The notes under the pieces: generated by a model
The model's database searches: none
The model's input: the letters and a program-made list of their open reading frames with translations, nothing else
What the model was told of the DNA's origin: nothing
Shown: piece by piece, positions 23,115 to 35,372 of the stretch
Layout of the letters: each line of letters begins with the position of its first letter
Numbering within the stretch: the stretch's first letter is position 1
Origin: Dimorphilus gyrociliatus
Taxonomy: Eukaryota > Animalia > Annelida
DNA: 64,000 bases
Assembly: GCA_904063045.1 (NCBI GenBank)
Contig: CAJFCJ010000014.1
Location: 1,361,643 to 1,425,642 of the forward strand
Reading direction: 5' to 3'
Position numbers and translations under genes: made by a program

Positions 23115-25787
23115 TTATGATGTATATAGACGTATTGTTCCATCAGCACCAGATGTAAATAACCATGGTTGGAATGGATGAAAAACGCAATCCAAAACAC
23201 CTAAGCCTTGTGCGGATGCATGTCCTCTAAGAATTTTTAACGGCACTATTAATGCATTTGTCATCAAGTCTGAATAAACTTGTCCGTGACAGACAATTGC
23301 TGAACAGTCGTCGGAGGCCGATGCAAATAGAGGATATTTTTTATGAAATGCAACCGATCTTATAGCCTTCTTATGATGACGCAAGTTTTTATATGGTTTT
23401 GTGGACATATCCAAATCAAACCAGCACAAACGGCGGTCGTAGCTTCCAGCAATAAGATTGTCCCCTGTTAAAAATTTCAAAACAACATTTATAACGTTTT
23501 AAAACTTCGTAAAGTTATTTTTACCTTGTGGATGAATTTCCAGACTTGATAACCATTTGCAGTTTGACATACATTTCTTAATGAGCTCTTGTTTTGCCAA
23601 ATTATATACTCTAATATACCTTTGCGTCTATTAATAATTAATAATATAGTTAATATAATTATAATTGTGGTACACATTATTAAACTTACAGCGACAAAGA
23701 AGAATGGCCTAATTGGGTGAAAAGCGACGCATTGAACAAGGCCTTTAGGTTTTTTAAACGGATGTTGCGAACGTCTTTTGCTTATTTGATGAATACAAAC
23801 AGAGTGTTTTTCTGCGTTTGGTATAACGACAGCTAAATAATCTCCCTTAACGTGCCATTTAACATCACTTATATCTTTGATGTGAGAAATTCTCAATCTT
23901 ATTCCGTTTGCATAATCTTCACCGCTGCTAGTTTTCCATTCAACCTTTTCATTCGTTTCGCCGTTTTCAAATGATTCAAATATGGAATCCGTGTTGGATT
24001 TTACAACCTTATCACCAACCAAAGAGTTCAGGATTATAAGTTCTTTATCTCTACAAAATTGAAAAATTCAAAACTAAAGAATCGTAAAAACCAAACAGCT
24101 TTTATCAACTATTTATTTATATACTTACACAGCAACAGCAATAAGTGAGAGTCCTGAATTAGGATTAAAAGCAACTCGCTTAACTTTTCCCTTAAATGTA
24201 AGTGTTCTAAGGCACCTAGCCGTGCTGACCTCCCAAATTCGAACAGTACCATCATCTGATCCAGAGACTAACCATTGTCCCATAGGATGAACGCTAATAC
24301 TGCGAATAAGATTCTCGTGCCCCTTATAAATGAGGGACTGTACACAAGGAAAAGGTTGTAAGTCTTGCGGAGATGGTAGTTTCGGAATTAAATCGTTGGG
24401 ATCAACGTTTAATTTCATTTTACGTTGTCTTGGACACAAATACAAATCTAAACATCTCTGGAATCTTTCGTTAACGAACTTAACATAAGCAGGAACAGTT
24501 CGCAAACTATCGTACTTTTTAGGCTCAAACTGAATGCGTCTTTCTTCTGATTCCTTAGCCTCCCATTCTTCTTTCTATTAAAAGAAAACATTTATTTACC
24601 TTTCAAAACAATCAACAAACATATATAAGAAATAAATTATGTTTCACAAATTAAAATTACTCTTCTTACCTCTTTTTCTGTGAATAGATATTCAGGAGCA
24701 GGATTGTAGGACTCGGCATGTCCAGGTAAGGGTAATTTAGGGGCAGGTATATGAAATCTTGGTTTTCTATTATCCTAAAAAATTTCAAAATTGATTTTAT
24801 ATTAATTTTTTATGCTTTATAAACATATTCAATAATAATTAAACAAAAATCATACCTCAGTTTTAGCCCACAAATCATAGTATTTATATCCTTCAGCTTC
24901 ATCATCAGAAGTTTTCTCTTTATCGATTTTAGGTTTTGACCAACCCATCTTGATTGCATGAACCATTTTACCGACTTTAACTTTTTCCCAATAGCTAGGA
25001 ATAAAACTACGCTTATCTCTTGGTTGATTGGTAACAGGATGTTTCATAACTTCATGAGTGAAAAAATCTATCCAAGGAGCAAAAGGATTAGATGCATCAG
25101 GATCAGCAGTTCTCCCAGCTTTCAGTTTTTCAATAAGCTCTGTGTCTTTATCACTTAATACAACGTTTTGGCCTGTTAATTTATCCTTAACGGTCCGCCT
25201 ATACAACAAAAAAGTTAACAAATAGTAAAGTTTTTTCAGACCACAATTTAGCATTAATTTATTGAATTGTATGAAAATTAACACAAACCAATAATTTGGA
25301 TCGTCCATCTTAGCCAAAAAGTCATCAATTTCATTACCAGAAACAGGCCTCATAATTTTCTTTCCTGCTATATCATAACCAACGTGCTCGTAATCTCTGT
25401 ACCATTGCATAGGAACATTCCCAACAGTATTTCGTATATCCTCTTCGTCTGAAGAATCAAATTCGTATTCGTCTTTTTCCTGTGTCAAACTCGTGCTAGG
25501 TTCATTGGGCGTGTTAGTGCTATTTTCAACTTCTTCTTCAGATTCATCTTCTTCGTCAACAGAAGATGAGATATCTCCTCCTTCCGATTCAGAATCTTGA
25601 CCATCGGTTTCCGAATCAGAGCTATCCTCATCCGATTTATTTTGCATATCTCTTAAATCAAATGTTTCTTCTTCACTCCCCTGAAAAATTTCACGTGTCC
25701 TTTAAGAATATTATTTATCGCTCAATAAATACATACTTCAATCTCTTTCTTCTCCTTTGAATTACCTACTGAACGTTTTCGTTTCAT
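23115..25787 (-). CDS. BOP1: Ribosome biogenesis protein BOP1/ERB1 (BOP1NT + WD40)
   Basis: Conserved motifs [112 protein letters not shown] and [19 protein letters not shown]. First exon [10 protein letters not shown] starts at 25787. Confidence 0.95.
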
Positions 25788-25948
25788 ATTTACTTAATAA
25801 ACTCAAAAATTAGCAATTGCTAATAATTTTTTTTACAATAAGTAATTAGATATTTAGAAAAAAGTAATTTTTAACAGAACTTGAATTCGACCATGCATTC
25901 GACAAAACATTAGGCTGCCGGAGAAAGCTGGTAGAGTATTTTTTTTAA

Positions 25949-25956
25949 TCACGTGA
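25949..25956. promoter_or_regulatory. Palindromic E-box TCACGTGA (CLEAR/USF-type) upstream of the acid lipase
   Basis: Exact TCACGTGA about 80 bp upstream of the lipase ATG, in the 247-bp gap between BOP1 and the lipase. Confidence 0.5.
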
Positions 25957-26034
25957 GCTATTCTGATAGGCTAAAAAGTATGTAACAAAGTTCGCTAACT
26001 TCGATTTAACCAAAACATAAACATTTGTTAAGCC

Positions 26035-27430
26035 ATGATGAAAACATTAAGTGGAGTAATTTTGTTCGCACTATTAGTGTCCACTACAAATGGTCTGGTG
26101 TTTTCCAGTATAAGTCATTATTTTAATCAATTTTTCCAATTTTTTGGTGATGAACATTTTTCTTCTATAAAAATTGATCCAGAAGTAAATATGAACGCTG
26201 TAAGTCAATTTTTTATTATAATTACTAAATAAATTTTATATTTTTATGCTTAATTAATTTCTCTAATTGACAACCAAATAGGCCCAATTGATAAGAAGTA
26301 AAGGATATCCATGCCTAGAATACAAAGTTCAAACCTCGGATGGTTTTCTTTTGGGCCTACAAAGAATACCTTATGGCAGAAAGGATCATGGGATGAACAA
26401 AAATAGACCAGTTGCCTTTCTCCAGCATGGTTTATTGACTGCTTCCACTAATTGGATAACTAATCTTCCTAATGAGAGTTTTGCATTTATACTGGCTGAT
26501 GCAGGTTATGATGTTTGGCTTGGAAATATGAGAGGTAATACTTATTCACGAGAACATGTAAAATATTCTGTCGATAGCGATGAATTTTGGGACTGGACTT
26601 GGTACGAAATGGCAGCCTATGATCTTCCAGCAATGGTCAATTTTGCTACAAAAACTTCAGGTCAAAAAGATTTGTACTACATTGGCCACTCTCAGGGGTC
26701 ACTCATCGGATTTACTCAGTTATCTAGAGATAAGGAATTGGCAAAGAAGATTAAGCTATTCGTGGCTTTAGGACCAGTAGCTTATTTGGGTCATATGAAG
26801 AGTCCCCTCAAGTACTTGGCCTGGTTCGCCCCAGAAATGCGTGATATCTTCAAAATATTTGGAGTTCGCGATTTTATGCCGAACGATGCACTTATGAAAT
26901 TTTTAGCTCGTTTTGTTTGTGATTCTAAAACTAGAGTATTTTGCGAGTGCTTCATCTTCTTAATATCAGGCTTTGATGCTAAGCAATTGAATGATTCTCG
27001 ATTACCTGTTTATGTAGCTCATGCGCCAGCAGGAACGTCTGTTAAGAATATGGTACATTTCGCCCAAATGTATGAAACAGGAAAGTATCAAAACTTTGAT
27101 TACGGATCTCCCGAAAAGAATCTAAAGCACTATGGTCAAAGTTATCCACCACAATTCTACCCAGAAAACATTACCACACCTATTGCTCTCTTCTCTGGAA
27201 GAGATGATTGGTTAGCTGATCCTAGAGTATGTCTTAAATTAATTATAATTGTTAAATGTAATCTATTCGTTGTTTATTCTATTTAAAAGGATGTACGTAA
27301 ACTGAAGAGAAGACTAAACACTATTGAACATTACTCAATGATCGATGATTGGGATCATCTGGATTTCATATGGGCAATGGATGCGAAAAAAGTAGTTTAC
27401 GAAAAAGTTATGGCCTTAATGAAGAATTAA
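26035..27430 (+). CDS. Acid lipase, LIPA/LIPF family (alpha/beta hydrolase)
   Basis: Signal peptide MMKTLSGVILFALLVSTTNG, then IDPEVNMNA, GYPCLEYKVQTSDGFLL, FLQHGLL and GYDVWLGNMRGNTYSR. Catalytic triad: GHSQG (Ser), GRDDWLADP (Asp), WDHLDFIW (His). Three exons, stop at 27428-27430. Confidence 0.92.
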
Positions 27431-27758
27431 TGAAGAAAGGGAAGAGAATTGAATTGTATTTCGATATCTTTGACTTTTGAATTGCACCGTGAATAAACTT
27501 GAAACAATATTCTAATTTATAAATTCATATACAAAATAGAATAAGAAAAGATTAATTTGCCAAACGAGTTCATCCTTTAACCACATCATTTAATTTATTT
27601 AAAAACAATTTACTATCCTATTTAAATTGATATGAATAATGAAAACAAATACGATAATAATAAATAATAACAAATAATTAACACAGTCAATTTATTAATT
27701 AGATATTGAATGGATATTATTTTAACATTCATAGTAACCTTTTTGTTTAGTTTAGGTG

Positions 27759-28792
27759 ATGATATTTGAGTCTATTCCATTGGCAGAAATAACAAAACAT
27801 AAATTATATAACGCTAAATCGGAAGAAAAGTTTATGGAGAAAACATCTATCTCTAATCCTCCAAAAGGGATCGGAGAAGAGGAAACAAAATATAGAGTTT
27901 TAGCTCAATGCGGTTTTAAAGTAAAGGATACCTTAGGTTCAGGCAGCTATGCTGTTGTTAAATCTGCATTTTCAGAGAAACATAATCGAGAAGTTGCTAT
28001 AAAGATTATATCAAGGAAGAAAGCTCCTCCAGACTATTTACAAAAGTTCTTACCAAGAGAATTAGAAGTTGTAAGGATATTAAAACATCCTAATATTGTA
28101 ACATTTTATCAGGCTATTGAAACTGATAAAAACACATATTTAGTTATGGAAAAAGCCGGTAATGGGGACTTACTAAGTGAAGTTAGACAGCAAAAATTTA
28201 TAAAAGAACCCCAAAGTGGCATATGGTTTTGGCAGTTGGTAGATGGAATTGAATATTGCCATAATCACCAAGTTGCTCATAGAGACTTAAAATGTGAAAA
28301 TTTACTTTTGGACGATAGGCAAAATATTAAAATAACAGATTTTGGATTTGCCAGAGGAAGTATCTCCAGTAGGAATGTACTTAGTGAAACATACTGTGGT
28401 AGCTATGCTTATGCTCCACCAGAAATCTTAACAGGTCAGCCTTATCATCCTTTTATGGCTGATATTTGGTCTATGGGTGTTGTATTATATATTATGGTAA
28501 TGGGAAGGTTTGTTACTCCTCTATTACTTGTTTAATAGCCCTAATACAGAAAACTTACACTTTATTGACAAGACTTCCCTTTGATGATACGTGCCATCAA
28601 AAGTTACTTAAAGAGGTTAAAAGAGGACCAATTTTCCCCGAAAATCGAGGTGATTGTGGTGTTGATTGCAGAGCTCTATTGTTAAAAATCTTAGTAAAGC
28701 GTGAACAACGATTAAACATACACGAAATTAAATCTGACAACTGGGTGGAAAAGTACCGAGATCAGACGATAGCCAGGCGAAAAAACAACTAG
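27759..28792 (+). CDS. TSSK: Testis-specific serine/threonine kinase (TSSK family)
   Basis: LGSGSYAVVKSA, VAIKIISRKKAPPDYLQKFLPRE, HRDLKCENLLLD, DFGFAR, LSETYCGSYAYAPPE and DIWSMGV. One intron near 28509-28570 leads to LPFDD. The true start (27759 or 27834) is uncertain. Confidence 0.88.
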
Positions 28793-29048
28793 ATGACGTC
28801 ATCAAACATTTAATTAATAAATCCTTGTCCTCTCTTGTCTTTTTTTAGTACGTAGACTTGATAAGATTGTATCAATTCATAGGTCAGATAAAAGACAACA
28901 TCCACAACCAACACCACATTATTAACGCTGCCTCGCCAGATTTAAGAAAAAAATATTCATTACATAACAATTATACATTGAACAATCAACTGAATATTTA
29001 ATCAATATCTAGATCTATTTTAGTGTCATAATACAACAATGTAAATCT

Positions 29049-31488
29049 CTATGAAGTTAAATTTTTTAAATTTTCAATAGGTAATTTAAAATAACGACTT
29101 TTGCCTGTTTCAAATGAAAAAAGGGTTGATAAGCCTAATAGCTTTTCAGCCCTATACTTTTTAACAGCATCCCTTCGTGCCTTTAAGTTATTGGAATAAC
29201 AAAATTCCTCCTTATTTTTCATACAATTCTTATCACAGTCAACATCATTCGATTTCATGATAACGTATGTCTCATATTTAATCCAACCTTCTAATAGAGC
29301 TAATTTATCTCTAAATAATAGTTTTTTAATAACATCTCTCTCCATTTCACAGTATTCAATTTTTGTAGCTATTAAATCATCGTCAGCCTTGGGAAAGAGA
29401 ATTTTCAATCTTTCTATTGCAGTTGTCTTCCTCGATGGAATATAGGATCTACAAAATTCATCTAACATTTCAAATGACTTATTCATGTCTGATATTCTGT
29501 CATCCAATCTTTGATGAACGTATAAAGCCCATTTATCATTTTCTAGTAATTGTTTATATGATAAAGTCCGTGATTGAAAGCCCTCTGAAGCGACAGGGTC
29601 TCTTTGCTTACTTGTCAAATACATAAAGACACCTAATACTAGAACAGTTATAGAAAACATGACATAGAACCAATTATTTACAAATCGGTAATTTCGAAAG
29701 ATTATCTCCGCATCGTTAAGTTGTAGTATATCATAATTAAGAGGCAATGATACACATGTATTTAACTCATCGCAATATCCAGAATAGCCGTTACATTGAC
29801 TACCATAAATCTTATAGACGGTGGGTTTTAAGGGTTCACAGGTAACGTTTGAACAGCAGATGATACATGGATCAAATGACGGTGGACATTTACATTCTCT
29901 TAGATTATAATGAATGCAAATACTTGCTGAACATATCCCATTCTGGCATGCTTTCATCCCCGCCGCACAAATCTTACCATTTGGCAATGGTTTACTTGGA
30001 GGACATTCAGAGCTTATACCATTACAATAAGAAGCTTTTTGACATTCACTTTCATACGAACACTCTTTACCAGACTTCTCTATCTTACAGTCAGATGTGC
30101 AGCAACGATTCAGCAAAGGACTACATTCGTATTTGAATTTGCATTGAGAATTGCAGCATGGATCTATAAGATCGCAAATATCTTTAGAACCGCAATCACA
30201 GTCTTCGCCCTGTTCAACGATACCGTTGCCACAAGATGAACCCTGCTCAACACTTAAACATCCCCATCTCAATTTTAATATTTTTCTCATATGGTATTTA
30301 CTACAAAGTGAAAATTTCCTATTGTTCGGTTTGTCTCCCATAAGAGAGAATGGATGCATAAGATATAGATCTTCAGAAGTTTTAGGAGAGCAAAATCCAT
30401 CGTTTGGGTCATCGTGCAAAGCTGCCATTAAATGTCCCAGTTCATGTGCAACTGTTGTTAATCGCTCAGCCCTAGTCAGTGGTTTTCGATAAGTAACGGA
30501 AGTCATTAGTGCAACGTTCCTCCATTGACCTAATAAATTAGAGTAGACAGCACAAATTCCACTGGTTGTGTCCCTAGGATTTACACTATAAGTTAAGCCT
30601 TGAACGGCTATAAAAGATAATATGATAAAAATAGTTTGTTTTATAAAATTTCATTGTTCAATTACCTCGATCATCTTTAGTAAAATCCCTTCCGGTAAAG
30701 CCGAAACCAGCACAAAAGCCAGTGAAATTCCTCTTTGATAGCGTTTCTAAGTACTTTTTACTACTTAAGATGTTGTCATTGATAGCGTCAACAGAAGAGT
30801 TTGTTGTAAAAACAGTAATCTTGCTCAATCTTACGCCTAAAGTAAAGTCGATTCTTTTATCTAACCAATCGGTTGTTGAATAAATTAGGTCAACTTCTCC
30901 AAGAATACTATAAACATCGGCAACGAGATTAGCAAGATTTCTTCCATGGAAATTGTAATATTGTACATCTGTTATAACATGAACTTTACATATTCTATGA
31001 CCCCAATTTATGCTTCTTTTTTTCCTTCTTTTCTTATCGGTTACTTTAAATTTGTTCTTAACTTTATAAATGATAAAACCTCTGATAGTCGGAATATAAA
31101 TGCTGGCTGGTTCAATATGCAATGTAAATTTTTCAGTCATAATTGATCCTATAAATGAACTATTGACTATATTACCAGATATTTTTGAATTTAGTAAGAA
31201 TGGATGAGAAGCTTTTAAAACTCTTCCAGAATAGAAGTTGATTTTCCTTCTATGATGTTTTTCTTTACTAACAACCTTAATTTGAATGTTTTCATCCAAT
31301 ACTCTATTGAGAATAATATTAAAAGAAAAATTGAAAGCTAAAATGGAGAATTGATATACATTCGATGAAAGTTTTTTAGATAATTTCATGGAAGGTTTAA
31401 GTTCGTAATTTGTAAAATATTTTGCCAAGTTTAATTTGTTTTCTCCTAAAACGGGCAATAATAAAAATAAATATTCCCACACCTTCAT
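29049..31488 (-). CDS. ADAM10/17-like metalloprotease-disintegrin
   Basis: Signal MKVWEYLFLLLPVLG (ATG 31488), furin site RRKKR, HELGHLMAALHD, Met-turn YLMHP, disintegrin CGNGIVEQGEDCDCG, Cys-rich domain and TM. A single intron near 30610-30664 joins DDR|AVQGLTY in frame. Confidence 0.88.
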
Positions 31489-31605
31489 TTGAAAATATTG
31501 GCAACGGAAGTTTATCACTTCCTCCGAAAATAAAGGCGCCATGATCCTTTATAACTCCCATATATAATCACTTTGCTCGGAACGGGCGTCCTCACTAGAG
31601 CAGAC

Positions 31606-32634
31606 ATGGCGGCCAGTTTATCTTCGTCGGACGTTTGGAATAAATCTTGCGAAATTTTTCTGGAACGAATAGAGTTAGCCGTTCAAGATATTGTCAAGGA
31701 CTTTTCTGATAATGGATTTCATGTAATATTCGCTGCTGTTCACGACAAATATAACCAAAAAGTAGCAGTTTCAACCAAACATGTCGCCCAATTAACAAAT
31801 TCGATATTTGACCAGCTACAAACTGTTGTTTCACAAGAAGAGACAATTCCTACAAAAGTTGAAGAAGCCGATTTGAATTGTATCGAATTGGAAATAGTTG
31901 AAGACGTTGAGAAAAGAAAGCGAGCTCGAAAAACAGATGTTCTCTCGTGTGACTATTGTGGCTATAAGGCATTATACGAAAGAGTTATGGAAATTCACAA
32001 AAGAAAACATACAGGCGATAAGCCTTATAAATGTGACCAATGCTCTAAACATTTCAAGTCGGAGAATACTCTCAGCCGCCATAAACAAGAAATACATGAT
32101 CAAATTCGAAATTGGAAATGTGACATTTGCAATTCGGCATTTTTTAACAAGTATTCCCTTACTCATCATGCTCTAGTTCATACTGGCGAAAGAAAGTATT
32201 CCTGTAATATGTGCTCTAAGTCGTTTATGAGAAAGGGCCATCTCGTTGCTCATAAGAAAGCCCACTTGCCCAGTGATAAGAAAGAATTTAAATGTTCTGA
32301 TTGTAATGCAGTCTACGCCTATAAGTCATCTTTAAGAGAACACATACTCAGGCACACAGGAGAGAAGCCTCATAAATGTGAAATGTGTGACGAATCCTTT
32401 CGCTATCGATGGCAATTGAAAAGACACCGCCTATCTGTTCATGGTAAAGTTGTTGATAGACCATATATCTGTAAAATTTGTGGATTAGCTTGCGTATCAG
32501 ATACAACCCTTCGAATTCACACAACCCGTGTCCATGAAGCTAACAACAGTAACGTAACAGAAACTGTATTCTATGATACCAATGTCGATGGAATCGTCGA
32601 CGTTGAATCTGTGCAACATGACTTTGATGAATAA
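31606..32634 (+). CDS. Intronless C2H2 zinc-finger protein (7 fingers)
   Basis: Seven CxxC...HxxxH fingers with TGDKPY, TGERKY and TGEKPH linkers. First ATG is at 31606. Confidence 0.88.
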   Translation: MAASLSSSDVWNKSCEIFLERIELAVQDIVKDFSDNGFHVIFAAVHDKYNQKVAVSTKHVAQLTNSIFDQLQTVVSQEETIPTKVEEADLNCIELEIVEDVEKRKRARKTDVLSCDYCGYKALYERVMEIHKRKHTGDKPYKCDQCSKHFKSENTLSRHKQEIHDQIRNWKCDICNSAFFNKYSLTHHALVHTGERKYSCNMCSKSFMRKGHLVAHKKAHLPSDKKEFKCSDCNAVYAYKSSLREHILRHTGEKPHKCEMCDESFRYRWQLKRHRLSVHGKVVDRPYICKICGLACVSDTTLRIHTTRVHEANNSNVTETVFYDTNVDGIVDVESVQHDFDE

Positions 32635-32817
32635 ATATAGAAGTGCTAAAAATTATATAACATTCTATTCTATAAACAACTCGTCTGAAATTAGTGCTTT
32701 CAACAACAACAAAAAATAAAAGTATATAAAAGCTTTGTATTTTTTTGTTGAGTCTGAAAACTTTCTAGGTCAAAGCCTAGCTCTCTGCTTGAATTTTCGT
32801 TGTTGTTCTCAAAATAT

Positions 32818-35026
32818 TTAATTATCAATTTGACAATCTTCCACCTGCTTGCTAGATGGATAATAGACTTTAAACCCAAAGGAACTCCGAGGAAAAGATC
32901 CCTGGTAAAAAAGAGCAATTATAAAAAAATATTCTAGAATGTTTAAAATTCTAACCGGATTAATTATATTGCATTCCGCTACCGTACAATTATAAGCTTT
33001 GTATCTATCCGCGATTACAACCAGATCAGGTAGTGGGTACAATCTTAAGGCTGCGTCATGTGACCAAAATACAGGCAAAACATGAAGTGGGAGAGGAGCC
33101 AAATGAGCTTGCGAAGCTATTGTTCGAGCTATATGATCTGTCAAATCATCTTCTTTAGGGAATTTAACGCAATTTCTGCACAACTTGAAAGTTAAGTCTT
33201 CTCGAAAGAATACTATTTCTTGGGTGCAATATCGTATTCTCGCAGGATTTGTCGCAAAGAAAACCTTTTCTAACTTTTCTTCTGCATAGGCCCTTATAGA
33301 TTGAAAGAGACCGGCTTTCGGTACTAGTCTTCCTGATGGTGTTAAGTCATCTGGTCCGGGCACAAAAATAAAGTTGGAATTGGATCTAATCGATGAAAAT
33401 TCACAAATGATATCAACGAAAACTCTAAAAGATTTTAGGATTGTTGTGAAGTGATCGCTTCCATAAGGCTTTGAACAAAAGTTACCACCAATTACAAATG
33501 CTACTGGAGCTATAGACTCAAAACCAGTGAGCATAGTTTGAAGTTTGTCTAGTACAGTTGTGTCATCTAGCCATACATCACTTAAGAAGACAAACATTGC
33601 ATTTTCATTATGTTTCTCATAGTTAAGGAGGATCTCATCGCCGCGAACACTCTCAGAACCTGGACCACCAAAGGAATTTATATTACCAATATATGCTTGG
33701 GTGTTAGTCGCGGACTCAGGGGGAGGAAAACCTAAATTCTTTATATCAAAAATTCCATCATCAAAAGTTCCTTCGGCTAGAACGATGCAACCTTCAGTAA
33801 ATAAACCAGTATGAAAAAGCTAACAAAAAAATAGCTAAGGAACCAAGTTAAAAGCAAAAATTGATTGTAGTTTAAGTAAATGCAAATTATATTCATTAAA
33901 GGATACAGCATTATGTAGATTGAGAGGAATTGAGCCAGTAGCATCCTCGAGATACCATTTATCCTGCGATGATTATTTATATTTTTACAAACATTAGATA
34001 CTAAAATATTCTTCTTTGTATCCTTACATGTTTTAAACGGCTAAGTAGTCCTAGCACAATAATGTCTCCTAACTTAGCACTACTTCCTAATAAATATTCT
34101 ATTGGTTTTAACTGTAATCAACAGCATATTAGTATGAGATTAAAATATTCTAGTTGCATCAATAACTTTATATTTTTTATTGGAGGAAGGAGCAACCGTT
34201 CCTGTAGATTCAGAAAATAGTTCGTGACGACTGATTCTCTAGATGAAATTTCAAAGGTTGCAAAACTTTGCTTATTCAATTTTAATTGCTAATCACCTGA
34301 TGTATAAGATTAAAACGTTCCAAAAATACAGATGTTTTTGCCGAAGCATCGCCAAAAAGAACGCCATCTTTCGTTTTTTTTCTAATACAGAAAAAACATA
34401 TTAATTGTAGTTCTAATACATTAAAAGGAGCCTTACCCGGTTTTTTTAAATAAAAGTTTTGGTACTTCGAATGTGTCAATAACGTGAAGAATATCTTCTC
34501 TAATAACATAGGATAATCAAGATGAGTTTGTAAATAGTATTTCTAATAACTTTGTACCTTTTACTTCTTTGTTCTGAGTTACAGTCTTCTACAGCCGCTT
34601 CACACAATTCCTTAGTTATTAGTTGTGTATGCACTAGAAAATTTAGAGAAAAGGAAATAGAAAAAAGGCTCGACTTTGCACAGATTGGAAAAGTTGTTAG
34701 TTTTGTAAAATTAAAACAGAGTGTACGAGTCTAGGAGAGAAATTTTACTATTCATATCAATATATTTACTAAATCGTGTAAATCAAAGTAAAATACAGAC
34801 GTGGTTGTTTTTCTATTACTTCTATCAACCTATCTATACAATCTTGTCTCGAAACGTCAGTGATAGGCTCTAAAATCTCTATCAAGTAATGCATAGCATC
34901 GCTGAAATTGAGCGATAATTTAATAAAAACATCATTCTGAAGAAAGAATTCCTATAAATACCTTTTCAAAGTTAAGCCATGAAGCTTGAAACCTTGTATT
35001 ATTTCTTTTCTTATCTGATTGGTCAT
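32818..35026 (-). CDS. POLE2: DNA polymerase epsilon subunit 2 (B subunit)
   Basis: Exon 1 MTNQIRKEIIQGFKLHGLTL, then FHTGLFTEGCIVLAEG, LGFPPPES, FVFLSDVWLD, FIFVPGPDD, NPARIRYCTQEIVFFREDL, LPVFWSHDAALRLYPLPDL and NPGSF..FKVYYPSSKQVEDC. Confidence 0.93.
33820..33906 (-). other. U12-type (minor spliceosome) GT-AG intron in POLE2
   Basis: 5' splice site GTATCCTTT, branch sequence TTCCTTAGC about 16 nt from the 3' AG, 87 nt long. Removing it restores NA|LFHTG in frame. Confidence 0.85.
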
Positions 35027-35372
35027 ATTTTATATTTTCTATTAAGCAATTCGGATCATTTTCTCTAACAACAAATGCGCGCTAAACTTTTTAAAAACAA
35101 ATGTCTACCCGTTTCCAGCATTATGGGTAAAGTTCGAACCTTTATGTTCTTTTCACGAAGCTCTTGTATGTGATTTTCAAGTTATAGTCAGCTTAGCTGT
35201 TTCAAATTGGATTTTTAGCGTGATTTATTATGCTTTGTATTTGATTAGATAAAATTTAATCAAATTTAGAAATAACTTTTGTCAATGCCAAAAATTAACC
35301 AAACAAAAAAAAAATACTGATTCGGTCTTGTGCAAAAATTATAAGAAAACTAAATCTTTTTGTAACTTAAAC

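Noticed and set aside
6914-35026. POLE3 and POLE2 (two Pol epsilon subunits) within ~25 kb
   Set aside because: Eight unrelated genes separate them. At this gene density proximity alone is weak evidence; synteny data would be needed.
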